Virus record (IMG/VR): IMGVR_UViG_3300045283_000278
Span: 1-56,150 of that record
Direction: 5' to 3' (one strand)
Length of the DNA stretch: 56,150 nt
DNA from: a virus
Taxonomy: Duplodnaviria; Caudoviricetes
Below the pieces are notes generated by a model. The model worked only from the letters and a program-made list of their open reading frames with translations. It was not told the DNA's origin and searched no databases. The position numbers and the translations under genes are program-made. Below are positions 26,801 to 35,790 of the stretch, piece by piece. The stretch's first letter is position 1, and each line of letters begins with the position of its first letter.

Positions 26801-28954
26801 GGACGCTCGATCGTCGGCACCACGGCTGCCTATCGCGCACTCGCCGGCGGAGCCACCATCGCGACCGTCGCTCAGCAGGAGAGCACGGGCGCGGCGATCG
26901 CCGCGAAGGTCGCGATGCTCGCCCAGGCCGCAGCGACTCGGGTCGCGACCGCCGCGCAGTGGCTCTTCAACGCCGCGATGACCGCCAACCCGATCGTGCT
27001 CGCGGTTGCCGCGGTCGCCGCGCTCGCCGCCGGCTTCATCTACGCCTACACCCACATCGAGCCGTTCCGCGATGCCGTCAACGCCGTGGCCGGTGCGCTC
27101 AAGGACGCGTTCGGCTGGATCGTCGATCACTGGCCTCTCGTTCTGGGCATCCTCACCGGCCCGATCGGGCTCGCCGTCGTCGCGATCGCCACCCACGTCA
27201 ACGAGATCGTCGGGTTCTTCCAGGACCTGCCGGGCCGGATCGCCGACGCGATCACCTCCGGCGCCGCCGCCTTCGCGGGCGCCGTCAGCTGGATCAAGGA
27301 CCAGGTCGTCAACGGCATCAAGGCCTACGTCGGCCTCTACATCGCCGTCGGCTCCTGGATCGTCAACCGCATCGCCGACGGCCTGCACGTCGTGACCGAC
27401 GCCTTGGCCTCCGTCGGCGGATGGATCAGGAACCGGATCAGTGACCTCATCCATGCGGTCGCCGACGGCTTCCTCGCCGTCGGCTCCTGGATCGTCAATC
27501 GGATCGTCGATGGGTTCAAGGTCATCACCGACGCCTTGGCCTCCGTCGGCGGCTGGCTGAAGAACCGGATCGTCGATCTCGTCCGCGCGGAGGCCGATGG
27601 CCTCGTCGCCCTCGGCGGCTGGGTTATCAACCGGGTGATCGACGGCGTGACCACGGTCACCGACGCGGTGAAGAACGTCGGCGGATGGATCAAGAACCGG
27701 ATCGTCGAGTTCGTCCACGCGGCCGGCGACGACTTCTTCGCGCTCGGCGGCTGGGTGATCGGGAAGATCATCGACGGGCTCGAGGGCGGCGTGAACCTCT
27801 TCGTCGACTTCGTCAACAAGATCCTCGACGTCATCAACGTCATCCCCGGCGTCGAGATCCACCAGATCAAGCACCTCGCCAAGGGCGGCACGATCCAGGA
27901 CGCGGGGCTCACCGAGATGGCCGCAGGGGCGTTCGCCGTCGGCGGCAAGATCAACCGACCGCTGGCGATCGTCGGCGAGGAAGCGCCCCGCCACCCCGAG
28001 TACGTCATCCCAACGAATCCCGCCTACCGTGGCCGGGCGCTCGGGCTCTTCGGCGCCCTGGGCTCCGAACTTCAGGTCCCCGGCTTCAAGCTCGGCGGCA
28101 TCATCGGCGGCGGCCTGGACCTCGTCGGGGACGCCTTCGACTTCGTCAAGAACGGCGCGGCGAACATCCTCGGCAAGCTCCCGGGGGTTGACAGCCTCCC
28201 GCCGTGGTTGAAGGACACCGGCCGCTGGGGCCTCAAGCAGGTCACAGGCTGGATCAAGGACAAGGTCGGGTCGCTGCTGGGACTCGGTGGCGACGGTGGT
28301 GGCGACGCTGACCTCAACAGCAGCGCGATCGGACGCGTGAGCTCGATGATCGCAATGGCCGACCGCCTCGACGCCATGGACATCCCATACGGTCCGCAGG
28401 GTCACGCCGGCTGGGCGATCAACAAGCTCGGCGAGGACTGCTCCTCCACCGTGTCGAAGGTGCTGCACGCCGCCGGCTACCTCTCGAGCGTCCTGACGAC
28501 CGTGACGCTGCCGAGCCAGCTCGCCTCCGGCGCCGGGAAGTGGGTCACCGTCCATGACCGGCCGCTGCCCGGCGACCTCGGCCACACGATCATCCAGATC
28601 GGCAGCCGGTTCTTCGGCACCAGTGGCCAGAACCCCGGCGGCGGCCCCGGCTGGATCACCGCCAGCGAGGGCTACCTCTCGCAGATGTCCACCAAGCTTC
28701 ACCCTCCGGGGCTTGCGAAGGGCGGCGTCATCCAGGCCCCCTTCGTCGGGTCCTACGCAACGGGCGGGGTCGTGCCCGGCGACGGCTTCGCCTACGTCCA
28801 CGAGAACGAGGTCATCAGCCCCGACGGGCTGCCCGACCTCTACATCGAGAACATCATCAGCGGCGACCTGCAGGCCCTCGACATCCGGGTCGACAGCCGC
28901 ATCCAGCGCGCTGACCGCGCCAAGGGCGCATACGCAAGAGCGATCCGTAGATGA
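23813..28954 (+). CDS. Tape measure protein with C-terminal NlpC/P60-like domain
   Basis: 1713 aa, Ala-rich, VGTAYVEI start, Trp-periodic repeats, AMTANPI, GEEAP..PEYVIP, DCSS..S..LH..G / GHT catalytic-like motifs. Confidence 0.93.
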   Translation: MALGARVGTAYVEIEGDFSPLNRQLASLSGPFAAKSKSIGDSFSRGLTPGLDRARDSMRGVADASQHLAAAERSLADQTLKAKDATLKVSEAEAKLSAVRKRHGDDSTQAQRAEVALERARLNVTQSNSRVEAAERKVASARQGSERDTHGLTRSLLDLDSSLRVSTGGMGGFGRAVHLVKPAALITGIGLVAQGLSAAAGGAIAVTSALAPVAGVAAAAGVGLTAAAQGAGTFALATWGLGDALKEQVKAHAATATGAGNTASAERAAAKAIETAELGVTNAKDQVRAAGLRVAEAHRAEKAASESLADAERDATRAVAGLTDARARARRELEDLRSAVTDSALAEARATQTLHDARAELERLEAGASADDVAAAHDRVTESVTSETRATQALQDARDALAAAEAGPTATDVADAHDKLGDAQRAEQRATLDLTQTRKDAQAVLDDSASSDEDKARARLDVADAEDRVKDATNDTAKAQAALAELEKGPDQKKIADARITVAEAEERVNDARREAAGAQKDLDTLEQPASADDLAKARLNVAEAENTLAESIRDHKRDQEDLTAAEKKGVEGSDAVVGALQDIVDANRRVRDAEQGVKDARRDSVEAARDLTRSHQDVARAIRDVRDAELAQAESSAAAATGAAHLSEAFDSLPGPAQAFVRTLIALKPKLDDLRETAAAGIFPGATAGLESAVRNFDSVKTVVGQTASVIGDLARQAGDLIGSPAFGRDLERVGSRNADIIATLGQGALRLGDAFRHIVVAAGPLTTWLANLAGGWAATIDAEAQAGRESGRLAGFFDQTRDVIQRLVSIATHLGRAFWEIGRAAAPLGRDILAAIDGAASRFDDWTHSLEGRNRLRDYFERARAPIFELGRLIHDVTNTFFRLGNGDQVAPLLHQIRTQLLPMFEQVISSTTSAFGPHLINALTQITRLFGAMAGSSGPLTHFVDLIGLLAGVMADLLTNNPALQTMTVSLLGFAGVLKALRLTAAVTGMAALGRSIVGTTAAYRALAGGATIATVAQQESTGAAIAAKVAMLAQAAATRVATAAQWLFNAAMTANPIVLAVAAVAALAAGFIYAYTHIEPFRDAVNAVAGALKDAFGWIVDHWPLVLGILTGPIGLAVVAIATHVNEIVGFFQDLPGRIADAITSGAAAFAGAVSWIKDQVVNGIKAYVGLYIAVGSWIVNRIADGLHVVTDALASVGGWIRNRISDLIHAVADGFLAVGSWIVNRIVDGFKVITDALASVGGWLKNRIVDLVRAEADGLVALGGWVINRVIDGVTTVTDAVKNVGGWIKNRIVEFVHAAGDDFFALGGWVIGKIIDGLEGGVNLFVDFVNKILDVINVIPGVEIHQIKHLAKGGTIQDAGLTEMAAGAFAVGGKINRPLAIVGEEAPRHPEYVIPTNPAYRGRALGLFGALGSELQVPGFKLGGIIGGGLDLVGDAFDFVKNGAANILGKLPGVDSLPPWLKDTGRWGLKQVTGWIKDKVGSLLGLGGDGGGDADLNSSAIGRVSSMIAMADRLDAMDIPYGPQGHAGWAINKLGEDCSSTVSKVLHAAGYLSSVLTTVTLPSQLASGAGKWVTVHDRPLPGDLGHTIIQIGSRFFGTSGQNPGGGPGWITASEGYLSQMSTKLHPPGLAKGGVIQAPFVGSYATGGVVPGDGFAYVHENEVISPDGLPDLYIENIISGDLQALDIRVDSRIQRADRAKGAYARAIRR
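27342..27790 (+). repeat. 132-bp (44-aa) internal repeats in tape measure
   Basis: tcgccgtcggctcctggatcgtcaa at 27342 and 27474; accgacgccttggcctccgtcggcgg repeated at the same spacing; degenerate further copies. Confidence 0.8.
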
Positions 28955-30525
28955 CCCTCACCACGCTCCGCCCCGACACCGAAGAGCTCAACCAAACCGG
29001 CGTCACCATCAACGGCGGTGGCGGCGGCGCGACTCGCGCATCCGTCGTCGCCGACGACAGCGACTCCAGCTTTGTCGAGCTCGCCGGCTTCACGAGCGCG
29101 GTGCGCTACAGCTTCCCGGACGCCGGCATCGCCGCCGACCGGATCATCGTGTCGATGACCGCCCGCGTCCGGATGGCCGGGGTCGCGACACAGCAGGCGG
29201 TCTACATGGACCTCGCTCACTCCATGGGCGAGAGCATCTTCCGCAAGTCGTTCTCGGTGCCGGTCGCCCCGGCCCCGACGAGCACCGACAGCTACACCTT
29301 CACTGCGATCCCGTGGGATCCCCCCACCCTGCTGCCGGGTCCTGACGAGGCAGCGATCCTCATCGCGCGCCCAGGGATCTCGTCGTTCTCGGTGCGGCTG
29401 TACTACCTCGCCCTGGACATCGTCCACGCCGCCCGCGCGACCGTCGCAGTCAACGCGTTCGCATCCAGTCCCGTCACCACATCGACGCCGCAGGTGACGT
29501 GGTCCACGACGGTCGACACGGCCGCCGGGTCCCTGGCCAAGTACCAGGTCAAGGTCTTCACCCCCGCGCAGGTCGCCGCGCCCGGCTTCAACCCCACCAG
29601 CAGCCCAGCGACCTACGAAAGCGGCGAGGTCCCCTATAACGGCGTGTTCTCCAACGCGCACACGGTCGTCGAGCCGCTCCTCGACGGCTCGTGGCGGGCC
29701 TATGTTCGGGTGTCGCAGACCGTCGGCGGCTCAGACGAATGGTCGGCGTGGGACAACCGGGCGTTCACCATCGACGCGGTCAAGCCGACCCCGCCTACGG
29801 TCACTGCCGTCGCCGAGCACCAACTCGCTCGCATCCGCGTCGATGTCGCCGACACCGCCATCGCCCCCAACACCGACCTCTACGAGGTACAGCGCAGCAC
29901 CGACGGCGGCGCGTCCTGGGAGACGATCCGCAGCGACCGCAGCGACGGCTACCACGAGCGCACCGGCTCCACGATCAGCCTCTATGACTACGAGCTCGGT
30001 AACGGCACCCAGGTCGTCTATCGCGCTCGCGCGATCAACGTGACCGCCTCGGCGCCCCTCTCGCTCATCGGCGACCAGAGCCCGTCCACTGACCCCGCGG
30101 CCTGGCATCACCGGCGCTGGTGGATCAAGAGCCCCACCGCGCCCGAGTTGAACATGCCGATCGACGTCAACTCGCTGCCCAGCATCCAGCGTCCGGTGCG
30201 CCAGGGCATCTACCAGCCGCTTGGCCGTGTCGACCCGATCGTCGTCAGCGACACCCGCGGCTACGAGCGCGGCACTGTCCGCTTCGCCTGCCACGACAGC
30301 GACGAGCGCGCCAAGCTCAACGCGCTCCTGGACACCAACGCCCCCCTGCTCGTGCAGGCGCCCCCGCGCGACGGCTGGCCCGACCGCTACGTCATGTTCG
30401 GCGACCTCGACAGCGCCCGCACCGTCGACAAGAGCTGGATCCGCGAGACCCTCGACACCCTGCCGTGGGTGACCGTCGCCAAGCCCATCGTGCGGTTCCT
30501 CCCGACGCCCGACCTCCGCCTGTGA
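28951..30525 (+). CDS. Minor tail protein (distal tail-like, with FN3-like domains)
   Basis: Follows tape measure; YEVQRSTDGG..W, YRARA FN3-like patterns; GR.DPIVVSD.R C-terminal motif. Confidence 0.7.
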   Translation: MTLTTLRPDTEELNQTGVTINGGGGGATRASVVADDSDSSFVELAGFTSAVRYSFPDAGIAADRIIVSMTARVRMAGVATQQAVYMDLAHSMGESIFRKSFSVPVAPAPTSTDSYTFTAIPWDPPTLLPGPDEAAILIARPGISSFSVRLYYLALDIVHAARATVAVNAFASSPVTTSTPQVTWSTTVDTAAGSLAKYQVKVFTPAQVAAPGFNPTSSPATYESGEVPYNGVFSNAHTVVEPLLDGSWRAYVRVSQTVGGSDEWSAWDNRAFTIDAVKPTPPTVTAVAEHQLARIRVDVADTAIAPNTDLYEVQRSTDGGASWETIRSDRSDGYHERTGSTISLYDYELGNGTQVVYRARAINVTASAPLSLIGDQSPSTDPAAWHHRRWWIKSPTAPELNMPIDVNSLPSIQRPVRQGIYQPLGRVDPIVVSDTRGYERGTVRFACHDSDERAKLNALLDTNAPLLVQAPPRDGWPDRYVMFGDLDSARTVDKSWIRETLDTLPWVTVAKPIVRFLPTPDLRL

Positions 30526-31631
30526 GACCCGTCTCGGCCGCGTTCCTCGCCGCGACCAGCGAGTCGCACATCGCCGTCCGCACCCTCGAGGTCCTTCGCG
30601 ACGGCGCGATCGCCGCGACGATCACCACGATCGCCGACGGCACCGTCACGCTCGACCAGACCGTCGCGACCCGCGGCCGCCTCGACGTCACGATCGCCGA
30701 CGACGGCACCCTCGGCCTCGTCCCACGCCTCGCGTCCGATCTCCTCGCGCCCTACGGCACCGAGCTGCGCGTCAGCCGCGGCGTCCGCCATCCCGCCGTC
30801 GACGAGACCGTGTCGCTCGGCATCTTTCGCATCGACGACGTCACCGTCGACGACGGCGTCGAGCACCTCACGATCCAGATCGCCGGCAGCGACCGCTCCG
30901 CCAAGGTCATTGACGCACGCTTCGAGGACCCCTACCAGGTCCCGGCCGGCATGAACTACGCCGACGCTATCCGGTCGACGATCGAGGACGGCGTCGCCGG
31001 CATCACCTTCAACTTCCCGACTGTCAGCCAAACCGCCCCGAACCTCGTGGCCGCCGAGGGCGACGACCGCTGGGACTTCTGCCAGAAGATGGCCCAGGCG
31101 CTCGGCATGACGCTCTACTTCGACGGCGACGGCGTCTGCACCATGCGACCCGTAGCCACCCCCGACGGCATCGCGGTCGCCGCGATCGCCGAAGGCCAAG
31201 GCGGAGTCCTGCTCAACGCGCAACGCCGATGGACCAGACACAGCGCGTTCAACCGCGTCATCGCAACCGGCGAGAACACCGGCGAGACCGCCCCCGCACG
31301 CGGCGTCGCAACCGACGACAACCCACTCTCACCCACCTACTACTACGGGGCGTTCGGTCGGGTGCCCCGGTTCTACAGCTCCCCGATGATTGCCACCGAC
31401 GAGCAAGCCGCGTCGGCCGCCGCGTCACTACTGGCCCGCGAAATCGGGACCACCCAGTCGGTGAACTTCGGCGCGGTCGTCAACCCGGCGCTCGAGCCCG
31501 ACGACATCATCACGGTCACCCGTCAGCGTCTCGGCGTCGACGAGCGCCACATCATCGACCAGATCACCATCCCGCTCACCGTCGACGCCGCCACGAGCGG
31601 CGCGACTCGCGCGGTCATCGGCGTCTTCTAG
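30522..31631 (+). CDS. Minor tail / hub protein
   Basis: GTGA coupling; DLLAPYG.EL, LGIFRI, NRVIATGE, FGRVPRFYSSP, NPALEPDD. Confidence 0.78.
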   Translation: MRPVSAAFLAATSESHIAVRTLEVLRDGAIAATITTIADGTVTLDQTVATRGRLDVTIADDGTLGLVPRLASDLLAPYGTELRVSRGVRHPAVDETVSLGIFRIDDVTVDDGVEHLTIQIAGSDRSAKVIDARFEDPYQVPAGMNYADAIRSTIEDGVAGITFNFPTVSQTAPNLVAAEGDDRWDFCQKMAQALGMTLYFDGDGVCTMRPVATPDGIAVAAIAEGQGGVLLNAQRRWTRHSAFNRVIATGENTGETAPARGVATDDNPLSPTYYYGAFGRVPRFYSSPMIATDEQAASAAASLLAREIGTTQSVNFGAVVNPALEPDDIITVTRQRLGVDERHIIDQITIPLTVDAATSGATRAVIGVF

Positions 31632-31634
31632 GCC

Positions 31635-31883
31635 ATGGACGACGTCGCCCTCAAGAGGCTCCTCGAGGATCTCGGTGAGATCGAGCGTCGAGCCGTCAAG
31701 CTGCGCGTCGGCGTGATCACCGACACGACACCGCTGAGCGTCGCGCTCGGCGGCAGTGCCATCGCCTACACCAACGTCAAGGCGCTTCGCGGACCCACCC
31801 CCCTGGCCGTCGACGACGTCGTCGCCGTCCTGGTCGCCGCAAACGACCTGCTTGTTCTCGGCGTCATCAGCACCGGTATCTAG
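31635..31883 (+). CDS. Small tail-tip protein (82 aa)
   Basis: Position after hub; beta-rich, L.VDDVVAVL..LLVLG. Confidence 0.6.
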   Translation: MDDVALKRLLEDLGEIERRAVKLRVGVITDTTPLSVALGGSAIAYTNVKALRGPTPLAVDDVVAVLVAANDLLVLGVISTGI

Positions 31884-31917
31884 CCTGTCGTCGCAATCCC
31901 CCGCGGAAGGGAGCGCC

Positions 31918-32082
31918 ATGTCCACAATCGCTTGTAGCTCACCCGGGACCGTCTCGAGCGCCCAGGCGCCTCAGGGTGGGATCGCCGGCTGGTGGATCGG
32001 CGGCACGAACATGACCGCCCTCACGGTGGACATGGGCGGCCAGGCGTTCACCGGCCGCCTCGTGCTGGAGAAGCTGGCGTAG
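31918..32082 (+). CDS. 54-aa ORF, possibly remnant C-terminus of a tail fibre
   Basis: GGGAG RBS before ATG 31918; sits where a fibre gene is expected. Confidence 0.4.
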   Translation: MSTIACSSPGTVSSAQAPQGGIAGWWIGGTNMTALTVDMGGQAFTGRLVLEKLA

Positions 32083-32085
32083 CGG

Positions 32086-32544
32086 ATGCCGAACGGGGAA
32101 TCGAGAATGGAACCTACGGGCGGCAGGCGCAACTACGACAGCGACCTCTCCTACCTCGAGGAGTCGTTGAAGCGGTGGGTGTCTGAGGAGATCGGCCAGA
32201 CCCGGCATCTGATGCGCAACGAGATCGCCGCGGTCAGCGCCCAGGTAGCGGCGCTGACGTTGAGCTCGACGAAGGAGCATGCGGAGGTCAAGGCGGCGTT
32301 GGCGCAGCTTCAGGCGGGGATGGCGTCAGCGGTGGCGTTGGAGGCGCGGGTGGACACGATCGAGCGCAAGGCCGCCGACGTCGAAACGCTCGCGCAGGTC
32401 ACCGGTCGGGTGCAGCGGTTGGAGAGCGCATCTGGAGCCGATCAGGCCAGCGCGACGGCGATCGACAAACTCCGCACCAGATTGGTGTGGTATGCGTTCG
32501 GGATCATCGGCGCGGTCGGCACGATCGCGGCGCTCCTGCGATGA
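32086..32544 (+). CDS. Coiled-coil protein with C-terminal TM helix (lysis accessory?)
   Basis: Heptad pattern then LVWYAFGIIGAVGTIAALL. Confidence 0.65.
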   Translation: MPNGESRMEPTGGRRNYDSDLSYLEESLKRWVSEEIGQTRHLMRNEIAAVSAQVAALTLSSTKEHAEVKAALAQLQAGMASAVALEARVDTIERKAADVETLAQVTGRVQRLESASGADQASATAIDKLRTRLVWYAFGIIGAVGTIAALLR

Positions 32545-32978
32545 GCGAGCCCGTGTCGCTGCGCGAGTACGTCGAGGCGCTGCGTGTTGCTGACCAGCGG
32601 TTTGAGCAGGAACGCGACCGGCGGTATGCGGAGGTGGCGTTGGAGCGCGAGAAGGCGCTGAAGATCAAGGAGACCGCAGACCTCGCCGCGTTGCAGCTAG
32701 CCAGGGAGTTTCAGAAAGAGCGCGACGAAAAGGCCAACGAGTTGCGCTCCCAGATCGAGCGCGAGCGCGGCGACTACCCGACCCGTAGCGAGCTCGCGAC
32801 GGTAGTGGACAAGTTTGAGGCCGCGCTCAGGCCCGTCACCGACTACATCACGTCGCTTCAAGCTCGAGCCGAGCAATCGCAGGACAGCCGTGAGCAGGCG
32901 GGCGCAAGCCTCGGTTTGTGGATCGCGGTGGGTGTCCTAGTCGTCGCCGTGATTGGGCTGGTCGTCGGGACACTCTAG
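32541..32978 (+). CDS. Coiled-coil protein with C-terminal TM helix (lysis accessory?)
   Basis: ATGA coupling; VSLREYVE..., C-terminal LWIAVGVLVVAVIGLVV. Confidence 0.68.
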   Translation: MSEPVSLREYVEALRVADQRFEQERDRRYAEVALEREKALKIKETADLAALQLAREFQKERDEKANELRSQIERERGDYPTRSELATVVDKFEAALRPVTDYITSLQARAEQSQDSREQAGASLGLWIAVGVLVVAVIGLVVGTL

Positions 32979-33137
32979 GCGACAGCCAGGTCCAGGGAGC
33001 GAAGCCCTGATGCCCTCCTCGGGATCCCACGAGGGCCGTCGTCACGACCGCGCCGCCGCCTACCCCCTGCCGTTCCCCCTGCACTGGTAGCCGCGCGCCG
33101 CGGCGGCCGGGCACCTGCCTCGACCTAGGAGGTCCTC

Positions 33138-33749
33138 ATGGGTCTCAACGGCCGCTTCGCCGACAGCGAGCTCGCCGCAATCCCCGGCGGTCGCCTCGCG
33201 ACGCCATACGCGCTGCGCTGGAACCTGATGGTCGCCGCATGCCGGCGCGCCGGCGTCGCGCCGCCGATGCCCAACGGGCCGGCATCCAGCTACCGGACGC
33301 TCGCCCAGCAGGTCCAGCTTCGGGCGTCCTGGTGCGCAGCCGGACAGTGCGGCAACGCCGCGATCCCCGGCACGTCGAACCACGGCATCGGCCGCGCGGT
33401 CGACACCAACCAGAAGGCCACGGCCATCAGGTACGGCAAACCCTACGGCGTCCGCGACCCCAGCGACGCGCCGTGGGAGAGCTGGCACACCCTCGTCCAT
33501 CTCGACCCAGTAGAGGTCCCGCCGCCCCCGCGCGAGCCCACGCTGCGCAAGGGGATCATCAACCGGGCGGCGGTCACCCGCCTGCAGAAGCTTCTCGTCG
33601 CCGACGGCATCAAGGCACCTGTCAACGGCCGCTACGACCTCGCGACCCGCCGCGCCGTCCGGCGCTTCCAGAAGGCCCACAACCTCCCCGTCGACGGTGT
33701 CGCCGGGACGTCCACCTGGGCGGCCATCAACGAGGCCGTCCGCCACTAG
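33138..33749 (+). CDS. Endolysin: M15 (VanY-like) Zn peptidase + peptidoglycan-binding domain
   Basis: SYRT..QQ, PGTSNHG.GRAVD, ESWH; C-terminal LQ..L...G.Y..ATR.AVRRFQ..L.VDGVAG..TW. Confidence 0.9.
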   Translation: MGLNGRFADSELAAIPGGRLATPYALRWNLMVAACRRAGVAPPMPNGPASSYRTLAQQVQLRASWCAAGQCGNAAIPGTSNHGIGRAVDTNQKATAIRYGKPYGVRDPSDAPWESWHTLVHLDPVEVPPPPREPTLRKGIINRAAVTRLQKLLVADGIKAPVNGRYDLATRRAVRRFQKAHNLPVDGVAGTSTWAAINEAVRH

Positions 33750-33761
33750 AAGGAGAGACCC

Positions 33762-34133
33762 GTGAGCAACGACCTCAAGGCCGTCCTCGACCAGGCGATG
33801 ACGTCGACGATCAGCCGGTTCGTCGCCGCGCTCGTTCCCGTGCTCGCCAGCGTTCTCGGCGCCGGCGCGTACTGGCTGCAGAACGTCGCCGGCATCAACC
33901 TGCAGGCCCACGTCGCGGTCGCCGCGGCGTTCGTCGGCACTGTCGTCCTCGGCGTCCTGATGACCGGTTGGAAGTGGCTCGAGGGCCGCGCGCTCTTCGA
34001 GAAGACCGCGACCGAGCTCGCCGCGCTCTACCACCTCGGCCAGGACCACGTCGACGACACGCCGAAGTACGTCGAGGCGCCGAAGGGCGTCGAGGTGCCG
34101 ACCGTCCCGCCCGGGATGCAGACCGAGGGCTGA
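33762..34133 (+). CDS. Holin (two TM helices)
   Basis: AAGGAG RBS; two hydrophobic stretches; between two lysins. Confidence 0.65.
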   Translation: MSNDLKAVLDQAMTSTISRFVAALVPVLASVLGAGAYWLQNVAGINLQAHVAVAAAFVGTVVLGVLMTGWKWLEGRALFEKTATELAALYHLGQDHVDDTPKYVEAPKGVEVPTVPPGMQTEG

Positions 34134-34828
34134 TGCTTCCGTCCTCACCTCCCGCGTCGACTGCGCGCTCGACGCGGGAGGACGCGGTGGGGTGGCCGGT
34201 CTATGCCATCCAGCGCGCGCTGAACGACGCCGCCGGCCGGGTTCTCGCGCCCGACGGTGCGTTCGGGCCCAAGACGACGATGGCCGTCAGGGTCTTCCAG
34301 GCCAAGGAACACCTGACCGCAGACGGTGTCGTAGGCCCGGCGACCTGGCGGGCACTGTCGGCCGCCGTCTGCAGGCGGCTCGACGGCCTCGGGCTCGTGC
34401 CCAGGGGCCTGTCAGGCGGGTTCGCGCAGGCCGAGGGCGGCAACCACGGCGCCGCGGTCAACTGGTCGGTCGCCGGCGGCGTGGACTGCGGCCTCTTCCA
34501 GCTGCGCTGCTACGGGCCCCCGTACGACATCCAGGCGCTCGGCGTCGCGTTCTCCCCCTACCGCGCCGGCGTCAAGGCCATGACCGCGCTTGCGGGCAAG
34601 GCCAAGGAGTTCGCCCGCCCGCACAGCGGGTGCCCGTTCTCCCCGATCGAGCTCGCCGTGCTGAACCACAACTTCCCCTACGCCGCCGACCGGTACTTCC
34701 GCGTCGGCGCGCTGCCCGACCCCGGTCGCTTCGCACCCTGGGTGCCGGCATCGCTGCCGTGGAGCGTCCGCACCTACGGCGGCTGGTGCCGCTACTACGT
34801 CACCATGATCATGGGAGCCGCCGGATGA
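34133..34828 (+). CDS. Second lysin: peptidoglycan-binding domain + lysozyme/transglycosylase-like domain
   Basis: DGAFGPKT..AVRVFQ..L.ADGVVGPATW; AEGG.H.AAVN..DCGLFQL. Confidence 0.75.
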   Translation: MLPSSPPASTARSTREDAVGWPVYAIQRALNDAAGRVLAPDGAFGPKTTMAVRVFQAKEHLTADGVVGPATWRALSAAVCRRLDGLGLVPRGLSGGFAQAEGGNHGAAVNWSVAGGVDCGLFQLRCYGPPYDIQALGVAFSPYRAGVKAMTALAGKAKEFARPHSGCPFSPIELAVLNHNFPYAADRYFRVGALPDPGRFAPWVPASLPWSVRTYGGWCRYYVTMIMGAAG

Positions 34829-34974
34829 CGCCATCCCCCAGGGCCGTGCTCGCAGCCCTCCGGCGCCGACTGCGGCGCTACCGCTCGGCGATCACCGGCC
34901 GGTACGTCAGCGAGGAGTTCGCCCGCGAGCACCCCGACACCACGATCTCGGAGCTCGACAAGCGCTCCCCATAG
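34825..34974 (+). CDS. 49-aa basic protein with RSAITGRYV..A..HP.TT..E motif
   Basis: ATGA coupling to second lysin; motif recalled from small conserved bacterial/phage proteins. Confidence 0.6.
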   Translation: MTPSPRAVLAALRRRLRRYRSAITGRYVSEEFAREHPDTTISELDKRSP

Positions 34975-35005
34975 CCACGCGGTCCTCTCCGCCACGTGGA
35001 CCTCT

Positions 35006-35046
35006 GAGAGCCGCTATCCCGCAAGGGCTGGCGGCTCTCTGTCGTT
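35006..35046 (+). terminator. Intrinsic terminator-like hairpin ending late operon
   Basis: gagagccgcta-tccc-gcaa-gggc-tggcggctctc followed by tgtcgtt; between convergent genes. Confidence 0.7.
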
Positions 35047-35056
35047 CCAGGGTCGA

Positions 35057-35746
35057 CTAGGAGATCCGGCGCCCGGCGCCGACGGTGACCTGGCCGATGC
35101 GGTCCTCAAGGCGCGGCGCGATCGACAGCCCGGGGCCGCGCGCGCACACCGTGACGTCGTAGCGGCCGAAGTAGTCGAGCTGCTGGCGCGCCTTCGTGAT
35201 CGTGCTGCCGTTGCGGCGCACGGCCATGACGAGCCGCACGTCCGGGTGGGGGTCGTTGTCGTGCCAGGCGATCTTGCCGCGCAGTCGTAGCCGCCGGCAT
35301 CCGGCGATGGTGTGGAGCCGCTGGGTCTGGAGCGTCCAGCCCTCGAGGACGGCGGGCTCGTCGGCGACATCGAGCGTTGCGACCTGGGTCCACGGAGTGT
35401 CGGTCCCTGACCCGGGGACCGCGCCGTCGTCGCGCATACGCGTGTGCCAGAAGTAGCGGCCGGCGTTCACCGGCTGGGTGAAACGAAGCACCCCGTCCAG
35501 CGGCTCATGGAGGTAGAGCACGGCGAACTCCGACGCCGCGATGTCGACGAAGCTCCCCACGGCGGGTCCCGAGGTCAGCAGATCCGGGGAGCGGGAGAGC
35601 TCGACCTCGGCGGTGCCCTGGAGGAAGTCGTAGGTGAACATCGGTTCCGCGGGGACGGTGTCGCCGTCCCGGGGCGCGAGGACCGTTGCCGCAGGCGCGC
35701 CTGACGGCAGCACGAGCAGGAGTGCGAGCACGATCGTGGCGGCCAC
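35057..35746 (-). CDS. Secreted/exported beta-rich protein (moron-like)
   Basis: Signal peptide-like IVLALLLVLPSGAPA; opposite strand between lysis and immunity modules; exact start uncertain. Confidence 0.65.
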   Translation of the reverse strand: MAATIVLALLLVLPSGAPAATVLAPRDGDTVPAEPMFTYDFLQGTAEVELSRSPDLLTSGPAVGSFVDIAASEFAVLYLHEPLDGVLRFTQPVNAGRYFWHTRMRDDGAVPGSGTDTPWTQVATLDVADEPAVLEGWTLQTQRLHTIAGCRRLRLRGKIAWHDNDPHPDVRLVMAVRRNGSTITKARQQLDYFGRYDVTVCARGPGLSIAPRLEDRIGQVTVGAGRRIS

Positions 35747-35790
35747 AAGCAGCGGGCGGCGGCGCTCGATGATGCATGGCGAGTGGTCAG

